DNA of 64,000 nt, from positions 8,264 to 72,263 of the forward strand of contig CALUTG010000005.1 in assembly GCA_944323615.1 (NCBI GenBank), in the 5' to 3' direction. The notes below the pieces were generated by a model that worked only from the letters and a program-made list of their open reading frames with translations, searched no databases and was not told the origin of the DNA. The DNA is from Candidatus Gastranaerophilales bacterium. GTDB taxonomy: Bacteria > Cyanobacteriota > Vampirovibrionia > Gastranaerophilales > Gastranaerophilaceae. The position numbers and the translations under genes are program-made. How positions within the stretch are numbered: position 1 is the first letter of the stretch; each line of letters opens with the position of its first letter. Shown piece after piece: positions 9,625 through 17,739 of this stretch.

Positions 9625-11574
9625 ATGACGATTAGAAAACTTACTGTGGCAGCTGCAATTGCCGTTGGTATAGCAACGTGTTCGTTCAATACGGTAATGG
9701 CAGCCTGCCCATGTGACCAACGCCCTGTAGTAACCCAGGGTGCATGTCCTTGTGAAAAGGACATTCCGGAAGTTACCGGCGCAGCATGTCCTTGCGATCC
9801 GGCCCCGGAACCTTGCGGCTGTGACAAAGCCCCAAAATGTGAACCGGATCCGGTTCCTTCATGTGCACTTTGCCCGGGAGTAAAGGATCTCCAGAGAAGT
9901 AACATGAGACAGGTTTATGCGTATCCGAATGCGATTTACGGATACAACAACTTTGTAGGTACTCAAGCTGATTCTGTTTACTCTGCAGAAGGGTTTTCCG
10001 TTACAAGAGACAACTCTAAGCTCAGCTCAACAACAATGGGCACAACCGTTGCATCAGACGGTTCTATCACTGGCGCTGCAACTGACATCCCATGCCTTAA
10101 CGAAATGAGCAGACACAATGGTATTCCGATTATCAGAGATGAATCTAAAATGGACGGAAACGGCTGCCCTATTCAGATGGGTACAGCAAACTCAATTCAG
10201 GCAATTAAAAAGAGCTTAGTGCCTTTTGATTTATCCCCGTTCAATGAAATGACAGGTGCTGCAGCTAATTTACAAATGTTCCCTGACGTTCCTAACGGAT
10301 ACTGGGCATCTTGCGAAATTGATAAACTCGCTACAAATGATGTAGTAGTTGGTTATCCTGACAGACTGTTTAAGCCGTCAAGAAACATTTCCCGTGCAGA
10401 GTTTGCAACTATGTTAGTTAAAGGTTTTGACAAAGACATGTATTCTTGCCAGCCTGAAAAACTTTTCTCAGACGTACCTGCAAACCACTGGGCAAATTCA
10501 GCTATCACAGTTGCCGTACACCAAGACTTGTTAAAAGGTTATCCTGACGGTACATATAAACCTAACCATAACGTAACAAGAGTAGAAGCTTTGTGTGCAT
10601 TATCTAAAGGTGTAAAATGTCCTGAAATGGATAAATGTAAGGCACAGGAAATCCTTTCAAAATACTGTGACGGAAATACTGTTCCTGAATGGGCGCAAAT
10701 CCCTATTGCAATTGCTTTAGACAAAGGTGCTTTAAACAACTCGCCTAATCCTGATACAATTGCACCGTTCAAGGATGCAACAAGAGCGGATATTGCGGCT
10801 ATGTTACAGAATATTCGTGTAAGTGCGGGTATTGATAAAAATCCTGTAACAGCAAATAACGATTGTCCGATTTGCCCTGATAACAAACAGGCATTTGTAG
10901 AGAATGAAGAAATCGTTCAAATTCCGACATTACAGTTAGAATTCAAAGATCAGGTAACTGCAAAATCTTCTCACGTAGGTCAGAGATTTGCTGCAAAAAC
11001 ACTTGAAGACGTAACAATTAACGGTCAGTTATTCCCTTGCGGATCAAAGGTTTACGGTAAGGTTGTAGAAGTTATAAGACCTTCCGGATGTCAGAAGGGT
11101 GCTTTAAAACTTGCGTTCACAGAAATTGAAAATTGCGGATGCAGAGCAACATTACCTAGACAAATCCTTACAGCTCAGGTTGACAAATCAAATACACCTA
11201 ACATTCTGTCAAGAATTGTTACAGCACCACTTACCTGGGGTGGTTCAATGCTCGGTATCGTAGGCAGAACAACAGGCGGTATGTTAACATCATTAGGTAA
11301 CGCTTGTGAAGACGTAGCTTCCGGTACAGGTATTGCATTGGGTGAAGTATTCCAGGGTCAGTTTGCAGCTGCAGGCAGAAGCGCAATGGATGTTGTTAAA
11401 GACACCGTTAAGGCTCCTATTGACTTAACAAGAACAGCATTGTCAGGTACAATGGGCTTGTTCCAGTCAACAGGCGACGAAGTAGCTTACTTAGTTGACG
11501 CTAAGGGGTACAAAATCTCAGCTATTAACCCGAAAGAACACGTAACTATAGCTTTCGGATGCAGCGGCGAGTAA
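9625..11574 (+). CDS. secreted protein: Cys/Pro-rich N-terminal segment, three SLH domains and a C-terminal beta-rich/Gly-rich domain
   Basis: 649 aa. Signal peptide ...NTVMA. ACPC repeated three times plus further CxC/CPxC motifs. SLH repeats (FPDVPNGYWA.., FSDVPANHWA.., VPEWAQ..). GGAGG Shine-Dalgarno upstream. Confidence 0.85.
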   Translation: MTIRKLTVAAAIAVGIATCSFNTVMAACPCDQRPVVTQGACPCEKDIPEVTGAACPCDPAPEPCGCDKAPKCEPDPVPSCALCPGVKDLQRSNMRQVYAYPNAIYGYNNFVGTQADSVYSAEGFSVTRDNSKLSSTTMGTTVASDGSITGAATDIPCLNEMSRHNGIPIIRDESKMDGNGCPIQMGTANSIQAIKKSLVPFDLSPFNEMTGAAANLQMFPDVPNGYWASCEIDKLATNDVVVGYPDRLFKPSRNISRAEFATMLVKGFDKDMYSCQPEKLFSDVPANHWANSAITVAVHQDLLKGYPDGTYKPNHNVTRVEALCALSKGVKCPEMDKCKAQEILSKYCDGNTVPEWAQIPIAIALDKGALNNSPNPDTIAPFKDATRADIAAMLQNIRVSAGIDKNPVTANNDCPICPDNKQAFVENEEIVQIPTLQLEFKDQVTAKSSHVGQRFAAKTLEDVTINGQLFPCGSKVYGKVVEVIRPSGCQKGALKLAFTEIENCGCRATLPRQILTAQVDKSNTPNILSRIVTAPLTWGGSMLGIVGRTTGGMLTSLGNACEDVASGTGIALGEVFQGQFAAAGRSAMDVVKDTVKAPIDLTRTALSGTMGLFQSTGDEVAYLVDAKGYKISAINPKEHVTIAFGCSGE

Positions 11575-11577
11575 AGA

Positions 11578-11748
11578 ATGCCGTAGGCCGGTGTGAAGGA
11601 CTGAAACGCATTGTGGAAGCACAATGCGTTGGAAGTCCAAAACACTACGAAGCCGCCGTTGGGAGTGAAGCGAGAGCGGAACGACCGAACAAATCTCCGA
11701 TTTGACAGGCGGATAAGCCGCAGGCCGGTGTGAAGCCCAAAACGGCAT
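11578..11748 (+). ncRNA. candidate structured RNA or 3' UTR element, class unknown
   Basis: GC-rich island in AT-rich DNA. A 7-bp closing stem pairs ATGCCGT (11578-11584) with ACGGCAT (11742-11748). An internal 11-bp hairpin pairs AACGCATTGTG with CACAATGCGTT (11605-11630). GCCG[TC]AGGCCGGTGTGAAG is duplicated at both ends. An intrinsic terminator follows about 25 nt later. Confidence 0.35.
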
Positions 11749-11773
11749 ATTTTAATCGTTTGCTCATACTGAA

Positions 11774-11813
11774 AAGACCCCTGGCAGTAGTTTTTGCGGG
11801 GGTCTTTTTTTTA
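11774..11813 (+). terminator. intrinsic terminator
   Basis: AGACCCC...GGGGGTCT stem followed by T8. Confidence 0.85.
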
Positions 11814-11820
11814 TTTCTTT

Positions 11821-12723
11821 TTACTCAAATAAAGCTTGGATAAATTCTTTGGAGTCAAATAGTTTTAAATCTTCCATTTTTTCCCCGACACCTACAAGCT
11901 TAACCGGAAGTTTTAAATCTTTTGCAATCGCAAGAACAATTGCCCCTTTGGCTGAACCATCCAGTTTTGTTAAAGCTACAGCCGTAAGGTTAACACAGTC
12001 TTTAAAAACCTTTGCCTGAACGAGACCGTTTTGTCCGGTATTGGCATCTATTACGAGAATACTTTCTCTCAAAGCCTCAGGAGCGTTTTTATCAATAACC
12101 GTTTTTATTTTTGATAACTCTTCCATCAGGTTAAATTTATTCTGAAGCCTGCCTGCCGTATCAACAAGGATTACGTCATAGTTTTCATTTTTGGCTTTTT
12201 GGATTGCCTCATAAACAACCGAAGCAGGGTCAGCTTTATCTCTTCTTACAATATCGGCGCCTGAGCGTTTTGACCAAATATCCACCTGCTCTTCCGCTGC
12301 AGCGCGAAAAGTATCTCCGGCTGCTATTAAAACTTTTTTACCTTTTTCTTTAAAAAAGTATGCGAGCTTTCCGATTAGAGTTGTTTTGCCTGCGCCGTTT
12401 ACACCGGTTATAAAATAAATATTCAATTCATTTTCTTTATAATTAAGTTCGCTGGAGCCGGCTTCATCAAGGGTTTTGTTAAACTCATTAAGAAGAAATT
12501 CTTTAACCTGAGACGGTTTAATTTTAGACTGCCCTCTTAGTTTATCCGTTAATTCGGACGCATAATTTACCCCTAAATCGGCACTTATAAGAAGGTCTTC
12601 CATATCATCAAGGACAAATTCGGAAAATTCTTCTTCCTCTCCGACCGCATCTACAACGTTACCAACGAGTGCTTGAGCTGTTTTGGATACTGTGGATTTT
12701 AGTTTATCAAAAAAGTTAAACAT
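11821..12723 (-). CDS. ftsY: signal recognition particle receptor FtsY
   Basis: 300 aa. SRP GTPase motifs GVNGAGKTT, DTAGR, TKLD. Confidence 0.93.
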   Translation of the reverse strand: MFNFFDKLKSTVSKTAQALVGNVVDAVGEEEEFSEFVLDDMEDLLISADLGVNYASELTDKLRGQSKIKPSQVKEFLLNEFNKTLDEAGSSELNYKENELNIYFITGVNGAGKTTLIGKLAYFFKEKGKKVLIAAGDTFRAAAEEQVDIWSKRSGADIVRRDKADPASVVYEAIQKAKNENYDVILVDTAGRLQNKFNLMEELSKIKTVIDKNAPEALRESILVIDANTGQNGLVQAKVFKDCVNLTAVALTKLDGSAKGAIVLAIAKDLKLPVKLVGVGEKMEDLKLFDSKEFIQALFE

Positions 12724-12726
12724 CTT

Positions 12727-13389
12727 TTAACCCTTTAAGCCGTTTTCCAGAATTACTTTAGCTAAAATACCGTTTACAAAAGATGAAGAATCTTCTGTTG
12801 AATATTTTTTAGCAAGTTCAACCGCTTCATCCACAACGACCTTAACAGGTGCTCCTTTTGTATATAGAAGTTCGGTGATAGCGATTCTTAAGATATCTTT
12901 ATCCATTTTAACAAGTCTTGAGATATCCCAGCCGTTTGAATATTTTTGGATTTCACCATCAATTGTTTTGTGATTGTTTTTAAAAGCTTCTGCAATTTCC
13001 GTTGCATAATCTTTTACTTCGCTTTGACTTTCAAGCGTGGTAAATTCCGCTATTTCAAGCGCAAGAATTGCTTTTTCCGCTACATCAATCATTGTATCTA
13101 CTTTTGCAATCATTTCATCAGTCATCGGAATTTGAACAGGTTTGTTTTTTGCACCGAGAGGACGGGAAAGATTTGATTCATGTTCAGCTTCGTAGGTATC
13201 AAGTGATTCCTTAATATCAATTAATGAGCCGACTGTAAGTTTTAATTCTTCTGAAGCTGAATTTGAAAGAATTCTTACGGATTTCAGCATAATATCTTCA
13301 AAATCTTTTTTTGAATAATGAGTTATTTCTTTTTCAAACTGTGAAAATAATATAAGTGCTAATTCTCTTGCTGCACGTCTTGCCTGCAT
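12727..13389 (-). CDS. nusB: transcription antitermination factor NusB (long form)
   Basis: 220 aa. N-terminal RRAARELALILF and C-terminal DEAVELAKKYS...FVNGILAKV, with an internal insertion of about 70 aa relative to 130-150 aa NusB proteins. Confidence 0.85.
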   Translation of the reverse strand: MQARRAARELALILFSQFEKEITHYSKKDFEDIMLKSVRILSNSASEELKLTVGSLIDIKESLDTYEAEHESNLSRPLGAKNKPVQIPMTDEMIAKVDTMIDVAEKAILALEIAEFTTLESQSEVKDYATEIAEAFKNNHKTIDGEIQKYSNGWDISRLVKMDKDILRIAITELLYTKGAPVKVVVDEAVELAKKYSTEDSSSFVNGILAKVILENGLKG

Positions 13390-13481
13390 TTTTTTATCTC
13401 CTAAAGTTTATTGTCATTTTTCATAATAGTATCATAAAAATATGATATAATTAAGAAAAATAATTTATCTTGGAGGACATT

Positions 13482-14669
13482 ATGAGTAAGAAGAAACGTG
13501 CAATTATAGTTGTAATAGATTCAATGGGAATCGGTGCTATGCCTGATTGCAAAGAATTCGGAGATACAGAAAAATGCAACACTTTAAAGAATGTATGTGC
13601 TTTTAATAAAGGTTTAAATTTACCTAACCTTGAAAAACTCGGGCTTGGAAATATTCAGGATTTTGAAGGGGTAAATAAGGTCTCAAATCCTATCGGGCAA
13701 TACGGGACCTTACAGGAAAAATCAAAGGGAAAAGATACAACAACAGGGCACTGGGAAATTGCAGGACTTGTAAGTGAAAAGCCGTTTTCAACTTTCCCTG
13801 ACGGATTTCCGAAAGAACTTATTGATAAGTTTATTGAAGAAACCGGCTGCGGCGGAGTTCTTGCAAATATTCCGGCAAGCGGAACCGCTATTATTGAACA
13901 ATTAAATGATGAACATCACAGAACAAAGTTCCCGATTGTTTACACGTCTGCAGACAGCGTATTCCAGATTGCGCTTGATACAGATATGATTCCGCTCGAA
14001 ACTCTTTATGACTGGTGCAAAATTGCCAGAAGGCTTCTTGATGAGGGAGATTATAATACCGCAAGAGTAATCGCAAGACCTTATAAAATAATTGACGGAA
14101 AACCTACAAGAATCTCAAAGGACAGAAGAGACTATTCTATGGCTCCTCCTAAGAAAACCGTCTTAGACAAAGTAAAAGATTCTGGAGCTAAAGTTATCGG
14201 AATCGGAAAAATTGAAGATATTTTCTCAAAAGCCGGAATAACTCATGCTATTCATACCGGTTCAAACAAAGAGGGGTTAGAACTTACTTTGCAAGCTGTT
14301 AAAGACGAACTTCCTCTTGATAAAATGATTTATCCGGGGGTAAATATAACGGATGAGGCAAGGGAAATTATCTTCACTAACCTTGTTGATACAGATATGC
14401 TGTATGGGCACAGAAATAACCCGGAAGGTTACGGAAAGGCTATTGAAGAAATTGACACTTATTTGGAAAAAATTCTTCCACTGATTACAGAAGATGACCT
14501 TCTTATAATTACGGCAGATCATGGCTGCGATCCGACGGTTGAAGGAACTGATCATACAAGAGAATATGTTCCGGTTCTATATTACTCAAAAGAAATTAAA
14601 CCGAAAGATCTGGGTCTTACACTCGGATTTGATTCCATAGCGGAAAGAATATCCGAATGGCTCTTTTAA
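13482..14669 (+). CDS. deoB: phosphopentomutase
   Basis: ORF 13470-14669, with the start moved to ATG 13482 (GGAGG at 13472-13476). Motifs VIDSMGIG, TTGHWE, ADHGCDPT. Confidence 0.9.
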   Translation: MSKKKRAIIVVIDSMGIGAMPDCKEFGDTEKCNTLKNVCAFNKGLNLPNLEKLGLGNIQDFEGVNKVSNPIGQYGTLQEKSKGKDTTTGHWEIAGLVSEKPFSTFPDGFPKELIDKFIEETGCGGVLANIPASGTAIIEQLNDEHHRTKFPIVYTSADSVFQIALDTDMIPLETLYDWCKIARRLLDEGDYNTARVIARPYKIIDGKPTRISKDRRDYSMAPPKKTVLDKVKDSGAKVIGIGKIEDIFSKAGITHAIHTGSNKEGLELTLQAVKDELPLDKMIYPGVNITDEAREIIFTNLVDTDMLYGHRNNPEGYGKAIEEIDTYLEKILPLITEDDLLIITADHGCDPTVEGTDHTREYVPVLYYSKEIKPKDLGLTLGFDSIAERISEWLF

Positions 14670-14761
14670 TTAGTCACTTTATTTTTTATAATTAAGTTGT
14701 ATAATATAGGCATACCCGCCTTCAAAAGGTGGTTTTAATATAAAACATAAGGAGAAAACAA

Positions 14762-14938
14762 ATGAACGTAACAATTGAAGATTCTTGCATCGGATGCGGC
14801 GCTTGTGAATCAATTTGCGACGCAGTATTTCACGTAGAAGATAAAGCTTCTGTTAAAGAAGCTGGTGTTTCAGGAAATGAAGCTTGCGTTAAAGAAGCTG
14901 CTGAAGCTTGCCCTGTAGGTGCAATTATTGTAGGCTAA
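14762..14938 (+). CDS. small [4Fe-4S] ferredoxin (58 aa; below the ORF-track size cut-off)
   Basis: My own translation gives MNVTIEDSCIGCGACESICDAVFHVEDKASVKEAGVSGNEACVKEAAEACPVGAIIVG. It has CxxCxxC...CP cluster ligands, AAGGAG upstream and a terminator downstream. Confidence 0.85.
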   Translation: MNVTIEDSCIGCGACESICDAVFHVEDKASVKEAGVSGNEACVKEAAEACPVGAIIVG

Positions 14939-14959
14939 AATTTATTTAATAAAGAAGTA

Positions 14960-15000
14960 AAGGCATAGGCGGATTTTATATCTGCCTATGCCTTTGTTTT
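14960..15000 (+). terminator. intrinsic terminator after the ferredoxin gene
   Basis: AGGCATAGGCGG...CTGCCTATGCCT stem followed by TTGTTTT. Confidence 0.8.
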
Positions 15001-15060
15001 AAGGTATCTTATTATAATTTCAAACTCTTTTATATTAGCCTTTTATGCTAAAATTTTAGT

Positions 15061-16131
15061 ATGAAACAGCTGAAAGATTTTAAAAATGATATTCATTCCT
15101 GTTCAAAATGCGGCTTGTGCCAGTCCGTTTGTCCCGTTTACAAAGTTACGGGAAACGATTGTACGGTCTCTCGCGGGCATTTTATAATGCTAAAAGGGCT
15201 GATTAAGGGTGAAATCAAGATGTCGAAAAAACTTAACCGATATCTTGATTTATGTTTGAAATGCGGAGCTTGCTCAAGATTCTGCCCGAGCGGTATTGAT
15301 GTTGTTGATATAATTGCAGCAGCCAAGGCAGAATATTTTAAGTCAAGTTTGAAACAAAAAGTACTTTCTTTTATTCAAAAAAGAATTATTTTTGGTGCGT
15401 TTGTTGACTTTATAAACCTATTTACTCCTAAAGCTAAAAGTAAAACTTTTGATAAAAAAGTCCTCTACTTCGGCGGATGCAGCGCAAAAATTAACGGAGA
15501 CAAAGCTGTAGTTAAAATCTTAAACAGCGCGGGGATTGAAGTAATAAATCCGTCCTTTTCCTGCTGCGGAATTTCACTTTTTACAAGAGGGGATTTAGAA
15601 GGGTTTAATCAGAGTATTGAAAATTTCGTAAAAACGCTGAAGCAATATAATATTAAAGATATTGTCACAACTTGTGCAAGCTGCGAAAAATCTCTTAAGG
15701 ATTATTCAAGGTGGACGGAATCAGAAGAAACTAAAAACTTTTTAAAAGATATCAAAGTCAGAAATATTTATGAATATATTAAAGAAAATGATTTAAAACT
15801 TGTTCTTAAGCAGCCGGCTCGTGTAACTTTTCACAAACCCTGCAATATCGATAATTATGATGATATAAAATGGCTTTTAAATAATACGGAAAATCTTGAA
15901 TATGTTGAAATGAATGATTATGACAAATGCTGCGGGCTTAACGGAATTTCTAGGTTCAGTGAATATAAAATAATGACAGAAATTTTTAACAGTAAAAGAA
16001 AAAATATACTCAAAACCAATACAAAATATGTATTAACATCTTGTTTAGGATGTGAAATATCTCTGAAACTATTTAGCCAAAACTCTTACAGGGTTTGCGA
16101 TCTGATAAATTTTATAGCAAGCCGGATATAA
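15061..16131 (+). CDS. (Fe-S)-binding oxidoreductase subunit, GlcF/GlpC/LutA-like (two 4Fe-4S motifs plus two CCG domains)
   Basis: 356 aa. CSKCGLCQSVCP and CLKCGACSRFCP motifs, and two Cys-rich CCG segments (FSCCG, KCCG). Confidence 0.75.
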   Translation: MKQLKDFKNDIHSCSKCGLCQSVCPVYKVTGNDCTVSRGHFIMLKGLIKGEIKMSKKLNRYLDLCLKCGACSRFCPSGIDVVDIIAAAKAEYFKSSLKQKVLSFIQKRIIFGAFVDFINLFTPKAKSKTFDKKVLYFGGCSAKINGDKAVVKILNSAGIEVINPSFSCCGISLFTRGDLEGFNQSIENFVKTLKQYNIKDIVTTCASCEKSLKDYSRWTESEETKNFLKDIKVRNIYEYIKENDLKLVLKQPARVTFHKPCNIDNYDDIKWLLNNTENLEYVEMNDYDKCCGLNGISRFSEYKIMTEIFNSKRKNILKTNTKYVLTSCLGCEISLKLFSQNSYRVCDLINFIASRI

Positions 16132-16231
16132 TTTTATTGACCATATGGTCTATAAGAAATTTAATCCCTTGATTGATGGCATGGGCATGCAAACCATGTA
16201 CACTTAAAAGCAAGGGAGAGAGAGTATATTT

Positions 16232-17302
16232 ATGAAGAGAGTATTGTTGTTTGTTGGAATGTTTTTATCAATGTTGTCTGTGTTTGCAGAAGATAACGTA
16301 TTGCAAACTATAGAAATAGAACCTGTTAAAGATACATATAATATAGTTCTTGTTTCTGACAAGGCTGTTGATGTAAAAAAAGAAGTACAGGATTCTAATA
16401 AGATTACACTTACAATGAAAGATATCAGAGCATCAAAAACTCTGAACACTGTATACAATAATGTTTCAAACGTTGATACAGTAATGGTCGAACCGCAAGG
16501 AAACGGTATCAGCATATTTTTCCAGGCAGAAAATGCCGCTGATGCAACCGTTACTTTTGATTCGTTAGCCCCTGTGGCTAATACTAAAAACGAAGCAAAA
16601 ACACTTAAGCTTAATAACCCTATTGACAGCTATGCACCTATTTATAAAGAAGATTACCAAACAGAAAAAACTTCTTCTTTGTTTAATAAATTAAAATCAT
16701 CACAGGCAGTAAATTCTATCAAAGAAACTGTAGATGAATCAGATGCAGGAGATACTGCCAATAAAATTTTCTCATTCGGTCTGGTTGCACTTCTCGGATA
16801 CTTTGTTATGAGATTATTCAAACGTAAAGAACCTGAAATGAAAATCGGTTTAAGTCAGGGATTAAATGAAAGAGAAATTAATATGTATCGCGGAATGCAG
16901 CCGATTGCATCACCTTACGTAACTCCTGAAAAACCGTTTACAACTGTTAACTACGGGTTGAATGCATATCAGAGAGAGGCAAGAAATCCTTATGAAACTG
17001 AACCGCAGGAAACCCAGTTCCATAATCCGAGATTAAGAAATTATGTTAATCCTCAGCCGATTCAGAATGGGGTGCAGAATACCATAACCGCCCCTATTCC
17101 GCCGCAGGCACCTACAGCAGTAGCACAGCCGCAGGTAAAAAAACACACTACTCCTGTTAATACTGCACCCGTAAATCAGTCTAATCCTAATATTGACAAC
17201 CTCAAGTTTTTGGAATCAATGACTGCTATTTACGAAAAAAGCGGGCGCCACGATTTAGCCAGAGGTTTGAAAGCCAGTTTAAATAAAAATAATATAAAAT
17301 AA
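16232..17302 (+). CDS. hypothetical single-pass membrane protein (signal peptide, beta-rich ectodomain, TM helix, Pro/Gln-rich tail)
   Basis: 356 aa. N-terminal hydrophobic signal, TM segment IFSFGLVALLGYFVMRLF, and a low-complexity P/Q/N region. No family recognised with confidence. Confidence 0.7.
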   Translation: MKRVLLFVGMFLSMLSVFAEDNVLQTIEIEPVKDTYNIVLVSDKAVDVKKEVQDSNKITLTMKDIRASKTLNTVYNNVSNVDTVMVEPQGNGISIFFQAENAADATVTFDSLAPVANTKNEAKTLKLNNPIDSYAPIYKEDYQTEKTSSLFNKLKSSQAVNSIKETVDESDAGDTANKIFSFGLVALLGYFVMRLFKRKEPEMKIGLSQGLNEREINMYRGMQPIASPYVTPEKPFTTVNYGLNAYQREARNPYETEPQETQFHNPRLRNYVNPQPIQNGVQNTITAPIPPQAPTAVAQPQVKKHTTPVNTAPVNQSNPNIDNLKFLESMTAIYEKSGRHDLARGLKASLNKNNIK

Positions 17303-17337
17303 CAACAAATCTTTTTATAAAACTATACTATGTTAAT

Positions 17338-17374
17338 TGGTACAAAAAGCACACACTTTGTGCCATTTTTTTTG
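17338..17374 (+). terminator. probable intrinsic terminator
   Basis: TGGTACAAA (17338-17346) pairs with TTTGTGCCA (17357-17365), followed by T8. Confidence 0.55.
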
Positions 17375-17635
17375 CTATTTTTTCCCTCTTATTTTATTCC
17401 ATAAGGCTTTAAGATGTTTACCTTTTGCAAAGATTATATCGCAAAGCATAGCAATTTTTACCCCGAGAAATACAAAGAATCCGGTTTTCAATATTTTATT
17501 TCGTTTTGCTTTTGCTGGGTTAGAACCTGCATGAACAGCCCCCGCCATAGTACTTTTAGACGTAAAAGCGATGCAGCGGGCAGAACCCTGATAACCGGTG
17601 TACGATTTTGTTTGTGGATTAATACTTTGGATCAT
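17375..17635 (-). CDS. possible small basic protein (86 aa from ATG 17635); the coding status is doubtful
   Basis: It is the only sizeable ORF in a 437-nt gap. The Shine-Dalgarno is weak, no family is recognised, and its 3' end abuts the terminator stem of the opposite strand. Confidence 0.25.
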   Translation of the reverse strand: MIQSINPQTKSYTGYQGSARCIAFTSKSTMAGAVHAGSNPAKAKRNKILKTGFFVFLGVKIAMLCDIIFAKGKHLKALWNKIRGKK

Positions 17636-17739
17636 AGTTAACAAGCCTTTAATTCTGTTAAGTATTTAACAAAAAAAATATTGCCATACTTTTCTTTAAC
17701 ATTTTACTATAATTCCATAATTTATGCTAAAATACCCCT

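Noticed and set aside
9468-9905. 145-aa minus-strand ORF (and the 88-aa ORF at 9347-9613) upstream of or antisense to the SLH gene.
   Set aside because: It lies antisense to the GC-rich Cys/Pro-coding segment, which suppresses stop codons on the opposite strand. Its composition is low-complexity Gly/Ser/Ala/His, and it has no Shine-Dalgarno.
11578-11748. Assigning the GC-rich element to SRP RNA (it sits beside ftsY), 6S RNA, tmRNA or RNase P RNA.
   Set aside because: The conserved SRP domain IV sequence (GGAA tetraloop helix followed by AGCA-type loop) is not recognisable. The element is too short for RNase P or tmRNA and lacks a tRNA-like end. I have no evidence for the long 6S-type irregular hairpin. 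It stays unclassified.
17505-17600. tRNA or tmRNA-like T-arm (GGGTTAGAACC).
   Set aside because: There is no acceptor stem, anticodon arm or GTTCGAATC-type T-loop consensus around it. No cloverleaf can be drawn.
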